Below the pieces are notes generated by a model that saw only the letters and a list, made by a program, of their open reading frames with translations, searched no databases and was not told the origin of the DNA. The position numbers were made by a program, and so were the translations under genes. From the NCBI GenBank assembly GCA_028281025.1, contig JANQKR010000034.1:9848-73847 (forward strand): a DNA stretch of 64,000 nucleotides, read 5' to 3'. The DNA is from Croceivirga sp. (GTDB lineage: Bacteria > Bacteroidota > Bacteroidia > Flavobacteriales > Flavobacteriaceae). Below, piece by piece: positions 27,229 through 36,859 of the stretch (positions are counted from its first letter, which is position 1; each line of letters starts with the position of its first letter).

Positions 27229-27369
27229 ATGAAAACACGAACAAACTACAAAATGCCCCTATTTTTTGGGTGGTACACCATCAACTCCAACAACCAAAGA
27301 AATCACGAAAACACCCTGAAATTGGGCAATTTTTCCAGTAAGGACTTGGAGTATCCCTACAAAAGGTAA
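27229..27369 (+). CDS. Putative 46-aa small protein (not in the ORF track)
   Basis: MKTRTNYKMPLFFGWYTINSNNQRNHENTLKLGNFSSKDLEYPYKR*, with an A-rich leader, between mddA and the terminator. Confidence 0.45.
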   Translation: MKTRTNYKMPLFFGWYTINSNNQRNHENTLKLGNFSSKDLEYPYKR

Positions 27370-27386
27370 GGACAACAAACAAATAA

Positions 27387-27412
27387 AAAGGGCATCGCTA
27401 TCGATGCCCTTT
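27387..27412. terminator. Bidirectional intrinsic terminator
   Basis: AAAGGGCATCG-CTAT-CGATGCCCTTT. Confidence 0.8.
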
Positions 27413-27434
27413 GCATTTCCCAAATCCCGGCCTT

Positions 27435-27725
27435 TCAAAGAGGATTTATGCCTCCACCTATTCCAAATTCCAGTTTTAGATGGGTATACATTACAGCTAT
27501 CCCCATTAAAAAAGCTCCAAAGAAAACGACAAGGAACAAGGGATTTTCAATACCCCGATTCATTTTCCGAAAGGCCCGCAGATAACCCAGATCGTCCAAT
27601 TGTCCAATACCAGGGGCTACGGCGTTTCCCCATGTAAAACACAGTACGGCCGTACCCCCAATTAACAGTATTGCCGTGAAAAGGGTTAGAGGACTTGTTG
27701 TCATTTCCATGTTCCATAATTCCAA
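27435..27725 (-). pseudogene. Truncated DUF1772/anthrone-oxygenase-like membrane protein
   Basis: W.NAV.PG...LDD..YLRAFR.MNR.I.NP.F N-terminal half present; the C-terminal half (GNIPLN helix onward) is absent. Confidence 0.65.
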
Positions 27726-27729
27726 TCGA

Positions 27730-28131
27730 TTATATCAACTCTTTTGTTCTTTTCCTAACCTTGAAATTCCAGTACACTAAGGTGGTGCCAATGAATTCCG
27801 CTCCAATGACCCAGAACCCCGGATCCGTAAAGAAATCATAGTAACTCCCCCCATTGGGAACAATGAGCACGGGCACCGTGATCAGGGCGTCCAAAAGGGC
27901 GGCCATGGCAAAAAAGGCCAGTCCCGTTGCCAATCCATGGGTTTGGGCCCCTTTTCTGTAGTACAGCCAAGATCCAGACCAGACCAAGGGTATTACAGCA
28001 AAAAAGAGTGTCAAATTGGCCTGTTGTTCCACATTTTCCAGTATTGGCAGATAAAAGGAAAGGGAATAGGCCAGAACTCCCAAAAACCAGATCAAGCCTC
28101 CAATTGCCAATGTTCTAAAAGTTTTCATCAC
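27730..28131 (-). CDS. DUF5367-like 4-TM membrane protein
   Basis: LDALITVP and FFTDPGFW motifs; four hydrophobic helices. Confidence 0.7.
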   Translation of the reverse strand: MMKTFRTLAIGGLIWFLGVLAYSLSFYLPILENVEQQANLTLFFAVIPLVWSGSWLYYRKGAQTHGLATGLAFFAMAALLDALITVPVLIVPNGGSYYDFFTDPGFWVIGAEFIGTTLVYWNFKVRKRTKELI

Positions 28132-28153
28132 TGTTTGTTTTAGGATTATGGGA

Positions 28154-28217
28154 CAAAACTAGAGCAGCTTAAATGGGGGCATTTGTCCAAAAAGGAGAAT
28201 GATTTGTTCGAAAAGGA
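28154..28217 (-). promoter_or_regulatory. -7 promoter element plus two 16-bp direct repeats with a 21-bp period (candidate AraC-family sites)
   Basis: TAGTTTTG on the minus strand at 28154-28161; ATTTGTCCAAAAAGGA (28181) and ATTTGTTCGAAAAGGA (28202). Confidence 0.6.
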
Positions 28218-28239
28218 TAACTTTTAACGCACTGCAAAA

Positions 28240-28606
28240 ACCGTATCAGGGCCTTTTATAGTTTAAAAGCTTACTTCAAAAGAAGGGGTCACGCTACGAG
28301 AAGAAATATGGCTGTCAGCTCTTTTTTAAGGCAGGACTGCACGCCGGAATTGTTACGGTGACCGAAGTGGGTAAATACAAGAAAGAAATCGCCTATCACG
28401 GGGACGTCATCAATACAGCAGCATGTATCCAGGTAAAATGCAATGCTTTTGAACGGGAATTATTGATTTCACAGGAATTGAAAACCCAATTGAATTCCAA
28501 CAACTACAGTTGTGCCCATATGGGCAGTATCCCCCTTAAGGGCAAACAGCAAACTGTCGATATCTGCTCGGTATCCCCAAAAACCCAATTGAGATCAGCT
28601 TCGTAA
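28240..28606 (+). pseudogene. C-terminal relic of a class III adenylate/guanylate cyclase
   Basis: FKAGLHAG.V.V.EVG..KKEIAYHGDVINTAACIQ and LKGK motifs; no N-terminus, an upstream frameshift, and the catalytic Arg replaced by Cys. Confidence 0.8.
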
Positions 28607-29455
28607 CTCACTTGGCCGAAAGCCGAATTTTTTGGTAAATGCATTGGAAAAGGAACTCAGGCTATCATAGCCCACATGCCAGGCCGCTTCCTGTACCGTA
28701 GCCTCTTTGTTTCGGATAAGTTCATGGGCCTTGGTCATACGTTCATTTTGCAGGTATTTAAAAACGGGAACCCCAAAAAGTTCCTTGAATTCCTTTTTCA
28801 GGGCAAAGGTATTCAATCCTATTTGCTTGGAAAGTTCCGTAAGCGAAGGGGGGCTGTCCAGATTATTGGACAGGATTTCCTGGGCCACAAATAGCTTTTC
28901 CCGTTCGGAGGTATTGATACTTTGGGTTTTCATTTGTGACAGTTGCCAAAAAAAGTGGGACAACAATGCCGTGATCTGGCTACGGAAGAACATCATCTTT
29001 GCTTTTCCCTGATAGTCATTGGAAAAAATATTGTCCACAATATGTTGCATTTCCGGTGTCATGAAAAAGCGGGGACCTTCCACGTAGGATGCAGCCGGAT
29101 TGACCAGTTGTTCCAACAGTTCCGTAAACAGCTCCCCTTCCCCATTGGGCAGGTTTTTCAAGTTTCTTGGGGCGGTGGCAATGACCAAACATTGCAGTGG
29201 TTTTTCCGGGGAGATGGTATGCACGGAATCCACGGTATCGTCCGCATAAAAGGAGAGGGCCAAACCTTTGGTGTTGTCATAGGTATTCCGGGTATCCCCA
29301 TGGTTCATGGAAAGATGCACATTCCCGGAACCATAAAGGGCCACGGCAATCAAGGGTTCTTCAAAACGACAGGAATCGACCAAAACCTCTTGGGTATGGG
29401 CTTCCTCCACCAGAATGATAAAATCGTTGATGTTAATGGTATCACGTATCACCAC
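28595..29455 (-). CDS. AraC family transcriptional regulator (GTG start)
   Basis: PPSLTELSKQIGLN...LKKEFKELFG and VQEAAWHVGYDSLSSFSNAFTKKFG double HTH. Confidence 0.93.
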   Translation of the reverse strand: MVIRDTININDFIILVEEAHTQEVLVDSCRFEEPLIAVALYGSGNVHLSMNHGDTRNTYDNTKGLALSFYADDTVDSVHTISPEKPLQCLVIATAPRNLKNLPNGEGELFTELLEQLVNPAASYVEGPRFFMTPEMQHIVDNIFSNDYQGKAKMMFFRSQITALLSHFFWQLSQMKTQSINTSEREKLFVAQEILSNNLDSPPSLTELSKQIGLNTFALKKEFKELFGVPVFKYLQNERMTKAHELIRNKEATVQEAAWHVGYDSLSSFSNAFTKKFGFRPSELRS

Positions 29456-29518
29456 AAGTGGAAATTAGGCAAAATAGCAATGCACAGCAAATAGGAAAGC
29501 ATGTCAAATGTCATAAAA
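29168..29518. repeat. Copy 1 of a ~351-bp direct repeat (araC 5' end plus upstream region)
   Basis: Aligns without gaps to 31776-32126, ~19 mismatches by manual count. Confidence 0.9.
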
Positions 29519-29707
29519 CAGAGTTCTAAGTTCTGCTATTTTAGTGTGCATTTATAAGAAAAAACTTTAATCATTATAGTCATTTATTTACTAAAACTAT
29601 ACTGATTTCTAAACCCACAGTACCAAACAGCTTAAATCCATATGGGGACCACATTTAGTTATTGCCTACCAGACCTTGAAAAGTAAATGAATTTTAAAAG
29701 AATTATT

Positions 29708-30415
29708 ATGAAAGCAAAAATTTTGATTACACTGTTTCTAGTATCATCCGATTTTGTGTTAGGGCAATGGAATGATAGCGGAAACAACTACACCACAGGA
29801 AAGTTGGGAATTGGAACCACGTCTTTGAGTATTGGTTATACGGGGGTCAATGATTTGGTAATAGGAGATGCCTCATGGAGTGAGGGATTTGTTATCAATG
29901 CAAATTCAAATAATGATGGAATTATGGCTTTTGCAAGTGATGGAAATATGGTAGCACGATTTATTTACAACAACCCTACGGAGAAGTTGCACTATTACAA
30001 AACAGGAAAAGGCAATTTAATGACGATTGATGGAAATGGAAAAGTAGGAATTGGAACAGAAAACACGGGAAATCATAAACTTGCCGTTGAAGGATCGATC
30101 GGAGCTCGGGAAATCAAAGTAGAGACAAATGGTTGGTCAGACTTTGTCTTTAAGAAAGACTATGATTTACCTACCCTGCAACAAGTTGAAAAGCATATTG
30201 AAGAAAAAGGACACCTTAAGGATATTCCAAGTGCCAAAGAGGTAGCGGAAAATGGAATCTTCCTGGGGGAAATGGACTCCAAATTACTTCAAAAAATAGA
30301 GGAACTGACGCTTTATACCATTCAACAAGAAAAGAAAATAGATAAACAAGCAGACGAAATTGCGGAGTTAAAGAGTCTTGTCAAACAGCTACTGGCGTCA
30401 AAAAATAAAAGCTGA
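29708..30415 (+). CDS. Secreted GIGT-repeat fibre-like protein with a Bacteroidota S74/ICA-like C-terminal domain and coiled coil
   Basis: Signal peptide; GKLGIGT and GKVGIGT; DFVFKKDYDLPTLQQVE..I...GHL..IPSA...LLQKIEELTLY motif. Confidence 0.85.
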   Translation: MKAKILITLFLVSSDFVLGQWNDSGNNYTTGKLGIGTTSLSIGYTGVNDLVIGDASWSEGFVINANSNNDGIMAFASDGNMVARFIYNNPTEKLHYYKTGKGNLMTIDGNGKVGIGTENTGNHKLAVEGSIGAREIKVETNGWSDFVFKKDYDLPTLQQVEKHIEEKGHLKDIPSAKEVAENGIFLGEMDSKLLQKIEELTLYTIQQEKKIDKQADEIAELKSLVKQLLASKNKS

Positions 30416-30450
30416 CAAAAACGAATAATCCATTTAAACCAAAAATTATC

Positions 30451-31680
30451 ATGAAAAAATGCACACTATCATTTTTGTTTTTCCTTTCGCTATATTTTTC
30501 ATTCTCCCAAACTGTCTATATACCGAATGGAACTGGCGGAATAACAAATTCATCCAATTCCAACATCGGAATTGGAACGAATTGGCCCGATAAAAAGTTT
30601 ACTGTTTTTGGTGATGTTCGGTTGGCTTCGGACGGACTGGGCGGAGGATTCCAAAGAAACGGTCTTTTAATACAGAATAGTGGTACAAGAACGGAACTGA
30701 GATGGCAGCATTTTGGACAAAACACAAACCCCTATATTGCTGTCGACCCCGCATTTGATGCCGCCAAATTATTGTTTGGCACTAATGGATCTGACCAAAT
30801 GGTACTTCAATCCAACGGAAATGTAGGAATTGGAACAACGTCCCCATTAAGCCCATTGCATATACGTTCTTCAATCAATAGAACGCTTCGATTGGATAAA
30901 ACCAATGTCCCAAATGGATCATATACCTGGCAAGCCCTGGAAACCAATTCTGTTGAACAATGGAGAATTGTTGGTAGGGAGTCCGATAATGCTGGATTGG
31001 AATTCTGGAACAAGAACTCCGACAATGTTTTATCCTTAATGCAAAATGGAAACATAGGGATAGGCGCTACTAACCCAAGTGAAAAACTTGATCTTAGTAA
31101 ATGGATGTCTTACAATGTAGTAAATGATAGTGGGATTAAGTTGGGCAACCTTAACGAGACCAGTGTAAACAACCATAAATCCCATTCTTACACACTTAAA
31201 ACATTTGGAGATGCCAATGGTATCCGGTTAGGTATTGTTCAACAGAGCAGAATTAGAAATGAAGTTGAGGTTCTTTCCATTTTGAATGATAATGTTGGTA
31301 TCGGAACAAAGGCTCCCGACATGAAACTGACCGTAAAAGGAAATATACACGCTGAGGAAGTGAAAATTGACCTTAATGTCCCTGCCCCGGATTATGTCTT
31401 TAAAGAAGGTTATATGCTAAGAAGTATTGAGGAAGTGGAAAGATTTGTCCAGGAAAACAACCACCTTCCCGAAATACCTTCTGCAGCAGAGTTCAAGCAA
31501 AATGGGGTGATGCTTGCAGAAATGGATATGAACCTGCTTAAAAAAATAGAGGAACTGACCCTTTATACCATTCAACAGGAAAAGAAAATAAAAAAACTTG
31601 AAGAAGAGAACCAAAAACTAAAATCCCTATCCAATAGGTTATCCAAAATAGAAAAACTACTACTGAAAGCTAAAAAATAA
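30451..31680 (+). CDS. Second secreted GIGT-repeat fibre-like protein with the same C-terminal domain
   Basis: Signal peptide; four GIGT/GIGA repeats; PDYVFKEGY.LRSIEEVE.F...NHLPEIPSA...LLKKIEELTLY motif. Confidence 0.87.
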   Translation: MKKCTLSFLFFLSLYFSFSQTVYIPNGTGGITNSSNSNIGIGTNWPDKKFTVFGDVRLASDGLGGGFQRNGLLIQNSGTRTELRWQHFGQNTNPYIAVDPAFDAAKLLFGTNGSDQMVLQSNGNVGIGTTSPLSPLHIRSSINRTLRLDKTNVPNGSYTWQALETNSVEQWRIVGRESDNAGLEFWNKNSDNVLSLMQNGNIGIGATNPSEKLDLSKWMSYNVVNDSGIKLGNLNETSVNNHKSHSYTLKTFGDANGIRLGIVQQSRIRNEVEVLSILNDNVGIGTKAPDMKLTVKGNIHAEEVKIDLNVPAPDYVFKEGYMLRSIEEVERFVQENNHLPEIPSAAEFKQNGVMLAEMDMNLLKKIEELTLYTIQQEKKIKKLEEENQKLKSLSNRLSKIEKLLLKAKK

Positions 31681-31733
31681 AAGGTTCGGATACGGATTAT
31701 CCGTTACGCCCTGTCCTAGCACAACCCATGGGT

Positions 31734-32060
31734 TTACCGCCTTGGGAAGTGAGTTCCTACGCCCACTTCCGTTGGTGGGGCGGTGGCCATGACCAAGCAT
31801 AGCAGTGGTTTTTCCGGGAAAATGGTATGCACGGAATCCACGGTATCGTCCGCATAAAAGGAGAGGGCCAAACCTTTGGTGTTGTCATAGGTATTCCGGG
31901 TATCTCCATGGTTCATGGAAAGATGCACATTCCCGGTACCATAAAGGGCCACGGCAATCAAGGGTTCTTCAAAACGACAGGACTCGACCAGCACTTCTTG
32001 GGTATGGGCTTCCTCCACCAGAATGATAAAATCGTTGATGTTAATGGTATCACGTATCAC
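31734..32060 (-). pseudogene. 5' fragment of a duplicated AraC regulator
   Basis: First ~95 aa nearly identical to 28595-29455, then unrelated sequence; no HTH. Confidence 0.9.
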
Positions 32061-32126
32061 AACAGGTGGAATTTAGGCAAAATAGCAACGCACCACAAAT
32101 GGGAAAGCCTGTCAAATGTCATAAAA
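31776..32126. repeat. Copy 2 of the ~351-bp direct repeat
   Basis: Aligns without gaps to 29168-29518. Confidence 0.9.
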
Positions 32127-32289
32127 GTATTGTGTATGTTGTACTAATTTCACATGTGGCTTTAGAGATGAAACCTTAGTTTTTTTTCCAAGGTCCCGTG
32201 CAATACAATCTGTACAAGAGTAAAATAACATCAACCCTTGTCCTAGGGATTTAAATATTTATACAAAGAATACGCATTAATTCCATTCA

Positions 32290-33720
32290 GTGGCATCAAG
32301 AGTTAAATCCATGAGATATCCCCATTCATTTCCTTACTTTCAAGAAAGAATCAATATCAATTTCGCAATAAACAAGTTTTGTTACTCATTGTTCATACTA
32401 CTAATTTCATTTATCTATAGCTGTGATAGTGAAAATGATGATGCCGAATTATTAGGGACAACAACGTTGAGCAGCACCGTTGTCTCAAACATCGAATCAA
32501 AGTCCGCGATCTTTAAAGCTTCAATCAATAACAATGGAGGTTCAGAACTTGTGCAGGGCGGATTCGTTTTTAGCAAAGAGTCAAATCCAAGCATAAACGA
32601 TAATATGCTCCTTGTTTCCGATTTAACTTCAGGGGATTTCACATCAACAGTATCTGATTTGGATGCAAATACGGTGTACTTTGTACGAGCTTTTGCCGAA
32701 AACAAAGTTGGAATCATTTATGGGGATGAAAGTAGTTTCGCCACCAATCATTTTATCCACGAAGGTTTCATTCAGCTTAAAACCCAAGGGGAACTTGATA
32801 ATTTTGGAAGTTTGGGCTATACGATCATAAATGGGAATGTAATCATAGGAGACTCCCAAGAATCAAATATCGTTTCATTAAATAGCTTGGAAAGCTTAAC
32901 TGAAATTAAAGGAAATATGGCGATTTTAGGTACTACTGACCTTGCGTCCCTACAGGGATTGCACAATATCAAAAGGGTTTATGGCGTATCAATTAGTGAA
33001 GCTGCAAGCCTAACCAATATTGATCCATTAAAAAACATAACCTCCATAGATGGCTATTTAGGTGATAATCGGTATATCGTTTCGTATTTCACAAACAATG
33101 AAAATTTATCAAATATCGATGGGTTAAGTAATGTTTCAAATATTGAAGGATACCTACAATTTATTAACAATAAATCGTTAACGAATCTTGATGGATTAAG
33201 AAATATCAATTCTTTTATAGGCGGTATACAAATAGCTAGAAATCAAAGCTTGGCGAATATTGACGGCCTCTCGAGTATCACTTCCATGATCAGCTTGGAT
33301 ATAGATGGAAATCCCTTGATAACAAATTTGGATGGGTTATCCAATTTAACTTCCGTTGAAGGATATTTACATATTTCAGGGATTAACTTGAGTAATATTG
33401 ATGGTTTGTCCAAGCTTGCCTCACTTGGACGCTTTTTAAATATTTATGACACTAAACTAACCCATTTGGACGGTCTTGTAAATCTAACTTCGGTAAGTTC
33501 AATCAATATTAGCCGTAACCCTGACCTAATAAGCATTGATGGGTTAAAAAATGTAAATTCCATTGAAGGATTTAGTTTTCATGACAACGTGAAGCTATCG
33601 GATTTTTGCAGTATTTCAGATGTATTTATGAAGGATTCGTCAACTACATTATCCATTCATCGTAATGCATACAATCCCACAAAACAAGATTTGATCAATG
33701 GTGCTTGTACTAAGCAATAA
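32290..33720 (+). CDS. FN3 plus receptor-L-domain/LRR lipoprotein (true start probably downstream of 32290)
   Basis: Lipobox IYSC; YFVRAFAENKVG FN3-like; ~22-aa LTN[IL]DGLxxLTSV.G.L.I repeats; AT-rich. Confidence 0.85.
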   Translation: MASRVKSMRYPHSFPYFQERININFAINKFCYSLFILLISFIYSCDSENDDAELLGTTTLSSTVVSNIESKSAIFKASINNNGGSELVQGGFVFSKESNPSINDNMLLVSDLTSGDFTSTVSDLDANTVYFVRAFAENKVGIIYGDESSFATNHFIHEGFIQLKTQGELDNFGSLGYTIINGNVIIGDSQESNIVSLNSLESLTEIKGNMAILGTTDLASLQGLHNIKRVYGVSISEAASLTNIDPLKNITSIDGYLGDNRYIVSYFTNNENLSNIDGLSNVSNIEGYLQFINNKSLTNLDGLRNINSFIGGIQIARNQSLANIDGLSSITSMISLDIDGNPLITNLDGLSNLTSVEGYLHISGINLSNIDGLSKLASLGRFLNIYDTKLTHLDGLVNLTSVSSINISRNPDLISIDGLKNVNSIEGFSFHDNVKLSDFCSISDVFMKDSSTTLSIHRNAYNPTKQDLINGACTKQ

Positions 33721-34073
33721 TGTAATTATCGTTAACAATAATTGCAAATCATTTGTTTATCACCGGACGGACTGTGGTTTAGCACCAAAGTGAACGTCGT
33801 AATCAAACCGTCGGATTTTGACTTCCAACAATCCTTGTTTTAACAATTTAGGTTCACCATTGAATGATTCCGAAATACCGTAATTGTTGGGACCATGTCG
33901 TAACTTATGTCTGTTGTAAGTGTTATGATTACTTCATCTTTAAAACTCTTGTTTTCCATTGTTCAAAGAAATGATTTTCCACAATCCAGTAAAACCAAAC
34001 GATTATCAATAAAAACAAAATCGACTGTGACAAAATCCAGTTTCAATCGTCTTGGTTGAAAATCACATTAAAA

Positions 34074-34730
34074 ATGAAAACTCAAAAAATTGGGGGGATA
34101 GCGGCCCTAATTGAAGCACTGCTCTACATCATCGGTATTGCCTTTCTTTTTATGGTCCTGTCCCCTGCTATGGACGATACAAGTTCGGATACCGAAAAAT
34201 TAGCGTTTATCCTTGAAAACAAAACCTTGTACCAAGTTTGGCACCTTTTGATCTACGTGGTTTTTGGATTGGTACTCGTCCCTTTGACCGTTGCCATACA
34301 CGAAAACTTCAGTGCCAATTCGGCAATTGGCAAAAAGGTCATGCCAATACTTGGGTTTATTTGGTCGGCATTGGTCATTTCCAGTGGAATGATAAGCAAT
34401 ATAGGCCTGGAAACGGTCAATGGTCTATTCATTGAAGAGGAAACGACCGCAGTAACGGCCTGGGAAATCATCGGTGCCATTCAAAATGGTCTTGGCGGTG
34501 GTGTGGAAGTGGTAGGCGGACTCTGGGTATTTCTTATAAGCATCCATGGATTAAAGGAAAGCATTTTCCCCAGATTCCTTAACTATCTTGGACTGCTTGT
34601 TGGAGGTGCCGGAATACTAACGGCAGTTCCTGGATTGGGAGACTTGGGACTCCTTTTTGGACTTACCCAAATCCTTTGGTTTGGTTGGATTGGAGCAGCT
34701 ATGATACAACATAAAAATCCTTCGATTTGA
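34074..34730 (+). CDS. DUF4386-like membrane protein
   Basis: KIGGIAAL, GLGGGVE and hydrophobic helices. Confidence 0.75.
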   Translation: MKTQKIGGIAALIEALLYIIGIAFLFMVLSPAMDDTSSDTEKLAFILENKTLYQVWHLLIYVVFGLVLVPLTVAIHENFSANSAIGKKVMPILGFIWSALVISSGMISNIGLETVNGLFIEEETTAVTAWEIIGAIQNGLGGGVEVVGGLWVFLISIHGLKESIFPRFLNYLGLLVGGAGILTAVPGLGDLGLLFGLTQILWFGWIGAAMIQHKNPSI

Positions 34731-36008
34731 TCAAAATACCTTTCTCACTGCTTCCAGGGTCTTTGCCAAATCCGAATAACTGATGGCATCATTTAAAAAG
34801 TAACTTTCAAAAGCCGAAGGCGGAAGATATATCCCCTGCTCCAACATGCCATGAAAGTATTTTTTGAAGGTATCGTTATTGCCCTTTGCGGATGAGGTAA
34901 AATCCACTACCGGATGCTCACAAAAATGTACGGAAATCATACTTCCAAAACGGTTGATTTGATGGGCAATGCCTTTTTCGGTCAACACTTCGGTAATTCC
35001 CTTATGGAGGTATTCCGTTTTTTGCATCAGGTTATCGAATACCTCGGGGTTTTGGTCTATTTCGGTCAACATGGCCAAGCCTGCGCCCATGGCCAAAGGA
35101 TTACCGCTTAAAGTTCCCGCTTGATAGACCGGTCCCTCTGGGGCCAAATGTGCCATGATTTCAGCTCTGGCGGCAAAAGCGCCTACCGGCAAACCTCCAC
35201 CTATGACCTTGCCAAACATCACAATATCCGCATCAATGCCCAAGGCCTCTTGTGCCCCACCCTTTGCCAAACGAAAACCGGTCATTACCTCATCAAAAAG
35301 CAACAGTATTTCTTCTTGAGTGCAAATTTCACGTAGCCCTTTTATAAAATCCTCGGAAGGCACAATACACCCCATATTACCGGCAACTGGTTCCAAAATA
35401 ATACCTGCGATTTCCCCTTTATTGGCTTCCACCAGGGCTTTCACACCTTCCAAATCGTTATAATCGGCCAATAAGGTATCCTTGGCCGTACCCTGCGTGA
35501 CCCCCGGGCTGTTGGGACTTCCGAAGGTTACCGCACCACTGCCCGCCTGAATCAAAAATGAATCCGAATGTCCGTGGTAGCAACCGGCAAATTTGATGAT
35601 TTTATCTTTTCCGGTATACCCCCTTGCCAGGCGTACGGCACTCATACATGCTTCGGTCCCGGAATTCACAAAACGAATTTTATCAATATTGGGAACCATA
35701 TGTACGGCAAGTCTGGCTAAGTCCGTTTCAACCTCTGTAGGAATACCAAAGGAAGTTCCTTTTTGTGCTTTTTCAATTACCGCATTGATAACAGGTCCAT
35801 GGGCATGACCAAATAACAACGGGCCCCAAGATGAGATATAATCAATGTATTGATTCCCATCTTCATCATATAAATAGGCCCCTTTGGCCTGTTTGATAAA
35901 AATAGGCTCCCCACCTACGGCCTTAAATGCCCGTACGGGTGAATTGACCCCACCTGGTATATATCTTTTTGCTTCTGCAAACAATGCACTGCTTCGCTGG
36001 TATCGCAT
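34731..36008 (-). CDS. hemL: Glutamate-1-semialdehyde 2,1-aminomutase
   Basis: [38 protein letters not shown] and QAGTLSGNP motifs. Confidence 0.98.
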   Translation of the reverse strand: MRYQRSSALFAEAKRYIPGGVNSPVRAFKAVGGEPIFIKQAKGAYLYDEDGNQYIDYISSWGPLLFGHAHGPVINAVIEKAQKGTSFGIPTEVETDLARLAVHMVPNIDKIRFVNSGTEACMSAVRLARGYTGKDKIIKFAGCYHGHSDSFLIQAGSGAVTFGSPNSPGVTQGTAKDTLLADYNDLEGVKALVEANKGEIAGIILEPVAGNMGCIVPSEDFIKGLREICTQEEILLLFDEVMTGFRLAKGGAQEALGIDADIVMFGKVIGGGLPVGAFAARAEIMAHLAPEGPVYQAGTLSGNPLAMGAGLAMLTEIDQNPEVFDNLMQKTEYLHKGITEVLTEKGIAHQINRFGSMISVHFCEHPVVDFTSSAKGNNDTFKKYFHGMLEQGIYLPPSAFESYFLNDAISYSDLAKTLEAVRKVF

Positions 36009-36013
36009 CTCTC

Positions 36014-36859
36014 CTATTTTGACTTTACCTTCCTTAAATTGAGCACTTGCCCAATGGCTATGTTGGTGTTTTTTAGATTGTTCAACTGCATGATTTCCTG
36101 TACGGAAACCGCATACTTCTTTGATATGCCATAAAGGGTGTCCCCCTTTTTCACTACATGGGTAAAAACCTCATAGTCCTTCGTTTTGCGAACGGTTTCC
36201 AGGCCTCCATCCACAACTGCCTCATCAAATTTGTCCAAGTTGTACCGATCGATCAGGGCAATCAATTTTTGGGGGTATTTCTTATCGGTCGCGTATCCTG
36301 CCTTTTTTAAACCATGGGCCCACTTCTTATAGTCGTCCCTGCGGTAATTGAACAAAAACCGATAACGCGAACGGGATGCCAAAAAGATACTATGATCCCG
36401 AAACGAAAACATGGGATGGTTGTACTTTCGAAAACACTCCCCTTTGGCATCATCATCATGGAAATCATAATCCCCTTGCCATCCACTGTGACATTTTATC
36501 CCAAAATGATTGTTGGTCTTTTGGGTAAGTTCCCCCCTGCCCGAGCCGCTCTCCAAAATCCCTTGGGCCAGTGTAATACTGGCCGGGATACCAAAAGCCC
36601 GCATTTCGTATTGCGCTATTTGGGCAAATTCCTCGATATAATCCTGGGTGGATGCAATTGGAAACTTTTTAAAAAAGCCAGGGTCGGCAGGTAATGGATA
36701 CAATTCCGATGTCTTGAACTTAGTGGATTCAATTCCTGTATTGGGGGTATACACCACCTTTTTTTGCGGTTGCTGCTTCACCGTGCGGGCGGTACGCTTT
36801 TTTGCGCCGCACCCTACTAAAAACAAAATGGCAATACTGCCTAAAAAACGTGTAATCAT
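36014..36859 (-). CDS. GH73 glucosaminidase plus LysM lipoprotein
   Basis: [19 protein letters not shown] and GYATD motifs; C-terminal [16 protein letters not shown] LysM. Confidence 0.93.
   Translation of the reverse strand: MITRFLGSIAILFLVGCGAKKRTARTVKQQPQKKVVYTPNTGIESTKFKTSELYPLPADPGFFKKFPIASTQDYIEEFAQIAQYEMRAFGIPASITLAQGILESGSGRGELTQKTNNHFGIKCHSGWQGDYDFHDDDAKGECFRKYNHPMFSFRDHSIFLASRSRYRFLFNYRRDDYKKWAHGLKKAGYATDKKYPQKLIALIDRYNLDKFDEAVVDGGLETVRKTKDYEVFTHVVKKGDTLYGISKKYAVSVQEIMQLNNLKNTNIAIGQVLNLRKVKSK

Noticed and set aside
33721-34055. Minus-strand ORF fragments (MENKSFKDEV... and ...GLLEVKIRRFDYDVHFGAKPQSVR*)
   Set aside because: Could be a frameshifted relic, but I cannot assign a family or support coding status
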